64,000 nucleotides of DNA from an uncultured Microthrixaceae bacterium. Lineage in GTDB: Bacteria > Actinomycetota > Acidimicrobiia > Acidimicrobiales > DATDAH01. Below the pieces are notes generated by a model. The model had not been told where the DNA came from. It did no database searches and saw nothing but the letters and a program-made list of their open reading frames with translations. Location: contig CAVZRY010000012.1 in assembly GCA_963777805.1 (NCBI GenBank), positions 112,704 through 176,703 on the forward strand, written 5' to 3'. Both the position numbers and the translations under genes were made by a program. This document shows positions 10,359 through 19,318 of the stretch, in pieces (the stretch's first letter is position 1; every line of letters begins with the position of its first letter).

Positions 10359-10412
10359 CGGTGGCGAGGGTACCGGCACCGACCGGATTTCTTCAGAAAA
10401 CCCCGGGAACCC

Positions 10413-10439
10413 GGGAACCGAACGGGTTCCCCCGCCGTA
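10413..10439 (+). promoter_or_regulatory. Putative ECF sigma promoter for whiB (GGGAAC-N17-CGTA)
   Basis: Same -35 and spacer as the promoter in front of the neighbouring ECF sigma gene. Confidence 0.55.
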
Positions 10440-10470
10440 GTAGTGGTGGAACGGAGGTCCCCCCAGCGAC

Positions 10471-10743
10471 ATGAGCAAGCCCGACGAGACCGAGACCGAC
10501 TGGATGGCTGACGGCCATTGCGCCCATCAGCCTCCCTCGCTGTTCTTCCCCAGCGACGGCGTCGGCGTCGAGGTCGCCCGCCGCGTGTGTGCGGACTGCC
10601 CGGTGAAGGAGCTGTGCCTCGAGTACGCCCTCACCCACCGCATCGACCACGGCGTCTGGGGAGGCTGCTCGGAACGGGAGCGCCGACGGATCCTGAAGCG
10701 CCGCCGCGAGGCCGTCGAGACCGAGGTCGCCACCCGGGCCTGA
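10471..10743 (+). CDS. whiB: WhiB-family Fe-S transcriptional regulator
   Basis: C...LFFP...CADCPVKELC...GVWGGCSERERR. Confidence 0.93.
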   Translation: MSKPDETETDWMADGHCAHQPPSLFFPSDGVGVEVARRVCADCPVKELCLEYALTHRIDHGVWGGCSERERRRILKRRREAVETEVATRA

Positions 10744-10786
10744 GGGTCCCGCCGTCGCGTTCGCCGGGCGCTCCTCGCGGCGACGG

Positions 10787-11489
10787 TCAGCTCAGCCCGA
10801 AGGCGTTCACCAGGTCGTCCATGGCGTCACCGATCCGTCGGGACAGGCCCATCGGACGGGCATCGGGCAGGTCGACCACGACCGCCTGGACATCGGCGGG
10901 ATCCAGGTCCCCCACGATCACGTAGACCACGTCGCTGCGCCGGACCACCAGCGCCCCGTCCTCGGCCCACCAGGCGTCGACGCCCTCCACCCCCGCCGGC
11001 GTGAGCTCGATGGCGAGGGCATCGGGATCGAGGTCGCCCACCTGCTCGAACACCGAGACGTAGTGGCCGTCGGCGGCGTAGACGAGCTGGACGATGTCGT
11101 CGGTGTGCCACACCGCCATGCCCCGCTGCAGCTCGCCCACCTGCTCGGGGGCCTGGTAGGGCGCCGGGACCTCATCGGCGGGCATCTCCCCGCGGATGGC
11201 GGACGCCGGCACCGTCATGACCTCCTCGTGGCGCTCGGCCAGGTCACCCATCGCGGGGTCCACGTCGCCGTAGATGCCGGTGGCCTGGGCCACGACGATG
11301 GCCCCGACCATGCCGGCCGCGCCCAGGCCCGCCAGCAGCGATGGCGCGGGCCCGTCGCCGGCGGCTGCGGATCAGGTCGTCGAAGAAGCCCTCGGGCGGC
11401 GCCACCTCGGGCAGCCCCCGCAGGAGCCGACGGACCGCGTCGTCGTCCTCCGGCTGCGGGCCGCCGGTCGGCTCGATGGGGTCGCTCAC
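10787..11489 (-). CDS. Probable membrane-anchored anti-sigma factor (frameshift near 11330)
   Basis: Overlaps the sigma gene stop; VRRLLRGLPEVAPPEGF, then a TM helix and an extracytoplasmic domain (YAADGHYVSVFEQ). Confidence 0.7.
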
Positions 11490-12022
11490 GGCATCGCCTC
11501 GACCGCAGACCGGAGTCGGGCACGGCCTCGGTGGATCCGGGAGCGGACGGTGCCCACCGGGATGTCGAGGGCCTCGGCGATCTCCTCGTAGCTGAAGTCC
11601 AGGACGTCGCAGAGGACCACGGCGGTCCGGTAGTCCTCGGGCAGGTCCCGCAGGGCAGCCTGCAGGTGCTCGGGCAGGACGGCGGCGTCGAGGGCGTCGG
11701 CGGCGGACACGGCGGTGGGCAGGACCCGCTCGGGGTTCTCCTCGGGCAGGGGGTCCTGGGGGCGGCGCTTCTGGCGGCGGACCCCGTCGAGGAACGCGTT
11801 GGTGGTGATGCGCGACAACCAGGCCTCCATGGAACCCGGCTGGTAGGTCGCCAGCCCTCGTTGCACCCGTAGCAGCACGTCCTGCACCAGATCCTGCGCG
11901 TCGTCGTGGTTCATCGTGAGCCGGTAGGCCACCGTGTAGAGGAAGCGCCCGTGGTCATGGGCGACCTCCTCCCAACTCGGCACCCGCTCGGGGCGCGTCG
12001 GTGGTGGCGAAGGACTCGTCAT
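11486..12022 (-). CDS. sigE: ECF RNA polymerase sigma factor (SigE-like)
   Basis: PSWEEVA..HGRFLYTVAYRLT..DAQDLVQD..AWLSRITTNAFLD..SYEEIA..GTVRSRIHRGR. Confidence 0.9.
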   Translation of the reverse strand: MTSPSPPPTRPERVPSWEEVAHDHGRFLYTVAYRLTMNHDDAQDLVQDVLLRVQRGLATYQPGSMEAWLSRITTNAFLDGVRRQKRRPQDPLPEENPERVLPTAVSAADALDAAVLPEHLQAALRDLPEDYRTAVVLCDVLDFSYEEIAEALDIPVGTVRSRIHRGRARLRSAVEAMP

Positions 12023-12026
12023 GGCC

Positions 12027-12053
12027 AACGACACCGGGGCGCGCCCGGTTCCC
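12027..12053 (-). promoter_or_regulatory. Autoregulatory ECF promoter GGGAAC-N17-CGTT, 4 nt before the sigE ATG
   Basis: Minus strand GGGAAC cgggcgcgccccggtgt CGTT ggcc ATG; matches the mycobacterial SigE/SigH-type consensus. Confidence 0.75.
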
Positions 12054-12104
12054 GTTCGGGCCTAGCGATCGGTCAGCGGCGGTCTGACGACTCGGACGAG
12101 TCGG

Positions 12105-12281
12105 TCAGGCCGGGGGTGACGAATCGCCGGTGCCGGTCGTCGTCGCATCCTCTTCGGAGCCCTTCTTGAACTCCGACTGGGCCTTGCCCAGCGAACGGGC
12201 CAGCTGCGGGAGCTTGGACCCGCCGAAGATCAGCAGGATGATGAGGAGCACGATGATCAGTTCGGGTGCACCGAGGTTCAC
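12105..12281 (-). CDS. tatA: Twin-arginine translocase TatA
   Basis: VNLGAPELIIVLLIILLIFGGSKLPQLARSLGKAQSEFKKG. Confidence 0.93.
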   Translation of the reverse strand: MNLGAPELIIVLLIILLIFGGSKLPQLARSLGKAQSEFKKGSEEDATTTGTGDSSPPA

Positions 12282-12342
12282 AGGAGCGAGCGTACCGGTG
12301 GCGGGTGACCGCCCGTGGTCACTTCGCCGGGGAGGTCGCTGA

Positions 12343-13131
12343 GTGCTGGAGTGCATCCTGAACGTGAGCGAGGGGCGGGACCCCGTGGTCCTCGACGCGC
12401 TGCGGGAGGCGGGCGGTGGGGACCTGCTGGACCGCCACGTGGATCCCCACCATCACCGCACCGTGTTGACCACCGTCGGCGAGGACGCGGCCCGGCGCAT
12501 CGCCCGGGTCGCCGTCGAGCGGATCGACCTGCGGACCCACGACGGGGTCCACCCTCGCCTCGGTGCGGTCGACGTCGTCCCCTTCGTCGCCCTGGACGGC
12601 TCGACGGTGGCGGATGCCGCGGCCGCCCGTGACCGGTTCACGACCTGGATCGGTGCGACCCTCGGTGTCCCCGCGTTCTGCTACGGGGAGGACGGTGAGC
12701 TGCCGACCCTGCCCGAGGTGCGACGGCGGGCCTTCGTCGATCTCGCCCCCGACGCGGGACCCGAGGCGCCGCACCCCACTGCCGGTGCGGTGGCCGTGGG
12801 CTGTCGTCCGCCGCTGGTCGCCTACAACCTCTGGCTGGTCGAGCCGGACCTCGACCGGGCCCGGGCCGTGGCCTCGGCGGTGCGGGGGGACGGCATCCGG
12901 GCCCTGGGCCTGGCCGTCGGGGACCGGGTGCAGGTGTCGATGAACCTGGTGGACCCGTTCCGGGTGGGCCCGGCGGAGGCCTACGACCGGGTCGCCGCCG
13001 AGGTGGCCGTGGCCGGCGCCGAACTGGTGGGCCTGGTGCCCCGGCGGGTGCTGGAGGCGATCGCCCCCGAGCGGTGGACGGCCCTGGACCTGGCCGAGGA
13101 CCGGACCGTGGAGGCCCGCCTCGGCCGCTGA
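12343..13131 (+). CDS. Glutamate formiminotransferase-like protein (FTCD formiminotransferase domain)
   Basis: MLECILNVSEGRD, DPHHHRTVLT, HDGVHPRLGAVDVVPFV, LVAYN, VQVSMNL, ELVGLVP. Confidence 0.88.
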   Translation: MLECILNVSEGRDPVVLDALREAGGGDLLDRHVDPHHHRTVLTTVGEDAARRIARVAVERIDLRTHDGVHPRLGAVDVVPFVALDGSTVADAAAARDRFTTWIGATLGVPAFCYGEDGELPTLPEVRRRAFVDLAPDAGPEAPHPTAGAVAVGCRPPLVAYNLWLVEPDLDRARAVASAVRGDGIRALGLAVGDRVQVSMNLVDPFRVGPAEAYDRVAAEVAVAGAELVGLVPRRVLEAIAPERWTALDLAEDRTVEARLGR

Positions 13132-13144
13132 GGACGGACGGGGC

Positions 13145-13435
13145 TCAGGCGGTGTGGACGCTGACCGCGACGGCGGCGGCCTCACGGGCGATGGCCCGCT
13201 GGCGACGGATGCGGCGACGCTCACGCTCGCTCATGCCGCCCCAGATGCCGAACTTCTCACCGTTGGTGAGGGCGTACTCGAGGCAGTCGTCACGCACGAC
13301 ACAGCCCCGGCAGACCTCCTTGGCCTCCCGCGTGGAGGCCCCCCGCTCGGGGAAGAAGAGGTCCGGGTCGACACCCAGGCAGTTGGCGTACTCCTGCCAG
13401 GTCAGGTCCTCGGTGTCATCGAAGATCGATCTCAT
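13145..13435 (-). CDS. whiB: WhiB (WhiB2/WhmD-type) transcriptional regulator
   Basis: WQEYANCLGVDPDLFFPERGASTREAKEVCRGC..CLEYAL..FGIWGGMSERERRR; AAGGAGG Shine-Dalgarno. Confidence 0.95.
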   Translation of the reverse strand: MRSIFDDTEDLTWQEYANCLGVDPDLFFPERGASTREAKEVCRGCVVRDDCLEYALTNGEKFGIWGGMSERERRRIRRQRAIAREAAAVAVSVHTA

Positions 13436-13642
13436 TGGTGTGCCTCCTTGTTGGCGCACCGCCCGTTGCTTCCCCAAGCGACTGGTGCCCTTCGCGGTGG
13501 GGAGATCCACCCGTCCGGGACACCGGTGTAATTACACTGCTGTCATCATTCCACCGGTTACCCCCCGGGCGCAAGGGCGCGACGGGGAAACCCTTGGTTT
13601 TCACACTGGTTCCACGCGTCGGCGGGTGACCCGCCGGACCGC

Positions 13643-15688
13643 TCAGGCCGAGCGCCGACCGCCGGTGCGGCCCCGGACCATGGCCCGCTTCTGTTCGATG
13701 AAGTCGACCAGGACGTAGTCGCCCAGGGTCTCGGGGGTGGTGAAGAACGCCCGCCCCTGGTTGAACTTGGTCAGGCGCTCCACGAAGTCCTTCAGGTGCC
13801 CGTTGGGGTCGAGCATGAAGGTGTTGATGCGGATGTTCTCCTTGGTGCAGCGGGCCACCTCGCGCATGGTGGCCTCGACGGTCTCCCGCACCGGCGGGTA
13901 GTTGAAGTACACCTCGCCGTTGGGCAGGTTGTGGGCCGTCGGCTCGCCGTCGGTGATCATGATGATCTGCTTGGTGCCCGACTGGCGAGCCAGCATCCGG
14001 CGGCTGAGCTGGAACCCGTGCTGCATGTTGGTGCCGTACTCGTAGTCCCAGGAGACCTCGGGGAGCTGGTCGGGGGTGAGGGCCCGGGCCACGCTGCTGA
14101 AGCCGACGATGCCGAGGAAGTCCCGGGGGAACCGGCTGGAGATGAGCGAGTGCAGCGCCATCGCCACCTTCTTGGCCGGCAGGAAGTTGTCCCGCATCGG
14201 CATCGACAGGGACAGGTCCAGCATCAGGACGGTGCTGGAACGGACCAGGTGCTCGGTGCGCTCGACCTCGAAGTCCTCCGGGCTGAGCCGCACCGGGGTG
14301 CCCTGGCCCTGACGGCTGACCGCGTTGCGCAGCGTGCGCTCGATGTGCAGGTTGAACGGATCACCGAACTCGTAGGGCTTGGTGTCATAGGCCCGCTCGT
14401 GGCCGGTGCCCACCACCTCGACCTGGTGGCCGCCCATCTTGTCCACCGCCAGCCGCTTGAACAGCTCGGCCAGCGCGTTCTGGCCGATGCGGCGCATGCC
14501 CTTGGCCGTCAGCTCGAACCGGCCCTCCTTGTTCTCGATGAGGCCGGCGTCCTCGAGCAGTCGAGCCAGCTCGGCCAGCTTCTCGAGGCTCTCGGCGGAG
14601 TCCTCGCCGAGGTGCTCCTTGACCTTGTCGAGGTCGACCTCGGCCAGCGCACCGGGTGAGGTGGCGTTGCGCAGCAGGTTCTCGAGCTGGTCGAGGTCGC
14701 CGAGCTGCTCCATCATCGAGGCCGCCTCGCCGAAGCCCAGGGGGTCCTGGCCGGAGAAGTCGTAGCGCCGGTTCCAGTTCATGTCCGGGAACGCGGCCTG
14801 CAGGTTCTGGCCGAGCTGGTCCACCTGCCACTGCAGGTCCATGTCCTCGAGGAGCTGCTCGGACAGGCTCTGCATCTGGGCCCGCTGCTCGGGCGTCATG
14901 GAGTTGAGCATCGCCTGCATGGCGGCCATGCGCTGGGCCATCAGCTCCAGCAGCTCGTCGAGGTTCCGGGGGTTCTCCGGGAAGAAGTCGCCGTGGCGCT
15001 CCATGAAGCCGTCGAAGTCCGGCTCCTCGCCGTTGGCCCGCTGCTCGAGCATCGAGTTGAGCTCGGCCAGCATGTCCTTCATCCGGGCCATGTCCTCGGG
15101 GGTCATGTTCTGCATGGACCCCGAGACCTGGTCGACGAAGCGCTGCATGAGCTGCTCGCGCAGCTGGTCCATCAGCGCCTCGAACTGCTCCCGGGCCTCC
15201 GAGGAGGTGAACTCGTACTCCTGGAGGGCCTTGACCTGGCCGGCCAGGTCGGGCGGCAGGAGGTCCAGGTCCATGTTGCGCTGCTGGACGACCTCCTCGG
15301 TCACCTCCTGGCGGCGCTGGTCACCGGACTCGGCCGCCTCGCTCGCCATCTCGGCCAGGGACGCCCGCTCCTTTTCGACGACGTCGCGCAGGGCATCGGC
15401 GATCTCGTCGTAGACGCCGCCCAGGTCGTGGTTCTCGAGCATCTCCCGACGCCGCTGACGCAGCTTCTCCATGGTCTCCCGCAGGCCGGCCAGGTGCTCG
15501 CCGTCGGGCGTGTCGAAGCCCGACTGCAGCATCCGGCGCAGGGCCGCATTGAGGTCACCGTGGTAGAGCAGGTCGTCGGTGATCTCGGCCATCACCTCGT
15601 CGGCGCCGAGCTCGAAGCCCTTCTGGGTGCCGTCCCAGCGCGAATAGCGGAACTGTGGTCGACCCGCACTACGCCGGAAGAGGGGCAC
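13643..15688 (-). CDS. VWA-domain protein with coiled-coil N-terminus
   Basis: MIDAS DLSLSM, TNMQHG, MITDGEPTAH; N-terminal FRYSRWDGTQ. Confidence 0.88.
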   Translation of the reverse strand: MPLFRRSAGRPQFRYSRWDGTQKGFELGADEVMAEITDDLLYHGDLNAALRRMLQSGFDTPDGEHLAGLRETMEKLRQRRREMLENHDLGGVYDEIADALRDVVEKERASLAEMASEAAESGDQRRQEVTEEVVQQRNMDLDLLPPDLAGQVKALQEYEFTSSEAREQFEALMDQLREQLMQRFVDQVSGSMQNMTPEDMARMKDMLAELNSMLEQRANGEEPDFDGFMERHGDFFPENPRNLDELLELMAQRMAAMQAMLNSMTPEQRAQMQSLSEQLLEDMDLQWQVDQLGQNLQAAFPDMNWNRRYDFSGQDPLGFGEAASMMEQLGDLDQLENLLRNATSPGALAEVDLDKVKEHLGEDSAESLEKLAELARLLEDAGLIENKEGRFELTAKGMRRIGQNALAELFKRLAVDKMGGHQVEVVGTGHERAYDTKPYEFGDPFNLHIERTLRNAVSRQGQGTPVRLSPEDFEVERTEHLVRSSTVLMLDLSLSMPMRDNFLPAKKVAMALHSLISSRFPRDFLGIVGFSSVARALTPDQLPEVSWDYEYGTNMQHGFQLSRRMLARQSGTKQIIMITDGEPTAHNLPNGEVYFNYPPVRETVEATMREVARCTKENIRINTFMLDPNGHLKDFVERLTKFNQGRAFFTTPETLGDYVLVDFIEQKRAMVRGRTGGRRSA

Positions 15689-15693
15689 CGTTG

Positions 15694-17094
15694 CTACCCC
15701 CGGCTCCGGTAGGTGGCGCGGCCGCCGGCGGCCTCTTTGTTCAGGCGCTTGGAGAGGTGAAGGCCCTCGAGGACGAACTCCACGGCGGAGGCGACCGACG
15801 CGGCCGACTCGTCCTCGGTCAACCGGTTCACGGCCTCCCGCAGGGCCGGGATCTCCGCCGCGAGGTCGGCGTAGGCGGCCGAGCCGATGTCCTCACCGGC
15901 GTCCACGGCCCGCTCCTCGAACGCGTCGAGCACCCCGGACAGCTCGCCGAGGTCGAAGGTCTCCCGGAAGCAGGTCAGGATCGCCCCCCGCAGGAACTGG
16001 TCGATGATCTGACCCTCTCGGCCCTCCTCGAGGGTCTCGATCTCGATCTTGCCCGAGGTCGAGGCGGCCAGGGCGTCGAGGTCGGTGATGCGGGGGACGA
16101 CATCGGTCTCCCCGAGGCGCAGCGACCGGCGGGTGGCGTTGGCCACCAGGATCTCCATGTTGGCGACCGTGAGGCGGACCGACACGCCCGAGGCCTGGTT
16201 GACGTGCGGGCTCTCGCGGGCCAGGTGGGTGAGGGTGGCCACGATCTCGGCCATGAACTCCGGGACCTCGACCCGGACGCCCTCGACCACGAACGGCCGG
16301 GCCTCCTGCTTGGCGATGGCCATCTCGGTCTCGACGTCAAGGGGGTAGTGGGTGCGGATCTGGCTGCCGAAGCGGTCCTTCAGCGGGGTGATGATCCGGC
16401 CCCGGTTGGTGTAGTCCTCGGGGTTGGCCGAGGCCACCAGCATCACGTCGAGGGGCAGGCGGATCTTGTAGCCCCGGATCTGGACGTCCCGCTCCTCGAG
16501 CACGTTGAGGAGGCCGACCTGGATGCGCTCGGACAGGTCGGGGAGCTCGTTGATGGCGAAGATGCCGCGGTTGGTGCGGGGCATCAGGCCGTAGTGCATG
16601 GTCAGCTCGTCGGACAGGTAGCGGCCCTCGGCCACCTTGATGGGGTCGACCTCGCCGATGAGGTCGGCGATGGAGGTGTCCGGCGTGGCCAGCTTCTCGC
16701 CGTAGCGGTCGTCGCGGTGGACCCACTCGATGGGCGTGTCCTCACCGTGCTGGACGACCAGGTCCTTGGCGTGACGGGAGACCGGCTCGTAGGGGTCATC
16801 GATGATCTCCGAGCCGGCCACGATCGGCAGCCACTCGTCGAGCAGGTTGGTGAGCGAGCGGATCATCCGGGTCTTGGCCTGACCCCGCTCGCCCAGGAAG
16901 ATCACGTCGTGGCCGGCCAGGACGGCGTTCTCCAGCTGCGGCAGGACCGTCTCCTCGTAGCCGAGGACACCCTCCACGACGGGCTCGCCGGCCAGGATCC
17001 GGGCCACGGCGTTGCGGCGCACCTCCTCCTTGACCGGCACCGACTCCCAGCCGGATTCGCGGAGCTGACCGATCGTTGCGGCACGAGACGACAT
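15694..17094 (-). CDS. AAA+ ATPase (Mg-chelatase/MoxR-related), partner of the VWA protein
   Basis: Variant Walker A GERGQAKT, variant Walker B FAINELPDL, ASANPEDYTNRGRIITPLKDRFG. Confidence 0.88.
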   Translation of the reverse strand: MSSRAATIGQLRESGWESVPVKEEVRRNAVARILAGEPVVEGVLGYEETVLPQLENAVLAGHDVIFLGERGQAKTRMIRSLTNLLDEWLPIVAGSEIIDDPYEPVSRHAKDLVVQHGEDTPIEWVHRDDRYGEKLATPDTSIADLIGEVDPIKVAEGRYLSDELTMHYGLMPRTNRGIFAINELPDLSERIQVGLLNVLEERDVQIRGYKIRLPLDVMLVASANPEDYTNRGRIITPLKDRFGSQIRTHYPLDVETEMAIAKQEARPFVVEGVRVEVPEFMAEIVATLTHLARESPHVNQASGVSVRLTVANMEILVANATRRSLRLGETDVVPRITDLDALAASTSGKIEIETLEEGREGQIIDQFLRGAILTCFRETFDLGELSGVLDAFEERAVDAGEDIGSAAYADLAAEIPALREAVNRLTEDESAASVASAVEFVLEGLHLSKRLNKEAAGGRATYRSRG

Positions 17095-17112
17095 AGCTGG
17101 CAACCTACCCGG

Positions 17113-19272
17113 GTGACACCGTCCGTCAGGCTGCCGGCGGACTGGCGGGTGACCCCGACCGACCCGCTCCTGGAACGGGACTTCGCCCGCCCCGACCTGG
17201 ACGACTCGGCCTGGGAGCCCGTCGCCGTCCCCGGGCACTGGCGCAGCACGCCGGCCTTCGCCGACGCCGACGGCCCGCTGCTCTACCGCGTGCCGTTCAC
17301 CGCCGACCGGCCCGCGGAGGGCGAGCGGGCCTGGTTGGTGTTCGACGGGGTCTTCTACCAGTCCGACGTGTGGCTCGACGGGGGCTACGTCGGCGACACC
17401 GAGGGCTACTTCTTCGGCCACACCTTCGAGGTCACCGACCAGCTCCAGCGACCGCGACGAGCACCTGCTGGCCGTCGCAGGTGGTCTGCTCCCCGCCGGG
17501 CGACCGCACGGCCAAGCGGTACCTGACCGGCGTCTTCCAGCACTGGGACTGCATCGACCCCGACCTGAACCCCGGGGGCATCTGGCGTCCCGTGCGCCTC
17601 GAGCGGACCGGGCCCGTGCGCCTCCGCCGCCTGTCGGTGGTGTGCACCGAGGCCGGCGGCGAGTCGGCCACGCTCGCGCTTCCGGGCCTTCGCCGACACG
17701 CCGCCGCCCGGGCATCGTGAAGATCGCGCACGACGGTCGAGGGCCAGGAGCCGCTACACCGAGGAGCTCAGCCTCGCCGCGGGCGAGAACCAGCTGGAGT
17801 GGACGGTCACGGTGCCCGAGCCCAGCGCTGTGGTGGCCGTGGGCCCTCGGCGACCAGGACCGCTACGACGTCACGGTCGAGGCGATCGCCGAGGACGGCC
17901 GGGTCAGCCACACCGTCGAGCGCACGGTCGGCCTGCGCTCGCTGGTGTTCGACGACTGGCAGCTCTCGGTCAACGGCGAGCGGCTCTTCCTGAAGGGCGC
18001 CAACCTCGGCCCCGACGCGAGGCCCTGCTGGGCGAGGCCACCGACGACGACGTCGCGCCGCGACGTCGACCTGGCCCGCGAGGCCGGCCTCGACCTGGTC
18101 CGGGTCCACGCCCACATCACCACGCCCGCGCTCTACGACCAGGCCGACGAGCGAGGGCATGCTGGTCTGGCAGGACCTGCCGCTGCAGTGGGGCTACGCC
18201 CGGTCGCGTGCGCAAGCAGGCCGTGCGCCAGGCCCGCAAGGCGGTCGAGATCCTCGGCCACCACCCGTCGGTGGCCATCTGGTGCGGCCACAACGAGCCC
18301 TTGGCCCTCGATGAGCCCACCGGCGCGATGGCCGATCCCGCCGTGGCCCGCCGCATGGGGCTCAAGGCCCTGGCGGGCAGGAGCTGCCCACCTGGAACAA
18401 GACGGTGCTCGACCGGTCGATCAAGCGGGCCATCGAGAAGGCCGACGGCTCCCGCCCGGTGATCCCCCACAGCGGCGTGTGGCCCCACCTCCCCCGCCTC
18501 GACGGCACCGACAGCCACCTCTACTTCGGCTGGTACCACGGCGACGAGCGGGACCTGCCCGGCTTCGCCGCCGCCCTCCCCCGCATGGTCCGCTTCGTGT
18601 CCGAGTTCGGGGCCCAGGCCGTGCCCGAGACCGACGCGCTTCCTGCGAGCCCGAGCGCTGGCCGGACCTGGACTGGGAGCGCCTGGAGGGCCACCACAGC
18701 CTGCAGCGGGCGTTCTTCGACCGCCGGGTGCCCGAGGCCGACCACGCCACCTTCGCCGACTGGCGGGCCGCCACCCAGGCGCTACCAGGCCACCGTCGTG
18801 CGCCACCACGTCGAGGAGCTGCGCCGGCTGAAGTACCGGCCCACCGGCGGCTTCCTCCAGTTCCTGCTCGACCGACGCCCAGCCCGCGGTGTCCTGGTCG
18901 CTGCTCGACCACGACCGGGTGCCCAAGGCCGGGCTACGAGGCGCTGCTCGAGGCCTGCCGCCCGGTGATCGTGGTCGCCGACCGCCTGCCCGCGCTCGGT
19001 GCACCCCCGGCGACACCCTCGCCCTCGACGTCCACGTCGTCAGCGACCTGCGCGTCCCGCTGGTGCGGGCCGCCGTCACCGCCGAGCTCACCTGGCCCGG
19101 CGGGCACCGGGCCTGGCACTGGGGCGGCGAGGTCGGCACCGACGCCTGCGTGCGCATCGGCCGGGTCGACGCCGAGGTCCCGCCGGTCCCCGGCGAGCTG
19201 GTGTTGGACCTCACCCTCACCGCCGGCGACGTCACCGCCACCAACCGCTACACCACGGTCATCGAGGGGTGA
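17113..19272 (+). CDS. Glycoside hydrolase family 2 (beta-mannosidase-like), multiply frameshifted
   Basis: FDGVFYQSDVWLDG, GGIWRPVRL, VNGERLFLKGAN, HPSVAIWCGHNEP (acid/base), FVSEFGAQA (nucleophile). Confidence 0.8.
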
Positions 19273-19318
19273 TCCGGCGACTTCGCCGGGTACAACGAGG
19301 CGTGCGAGGATCACGGTC

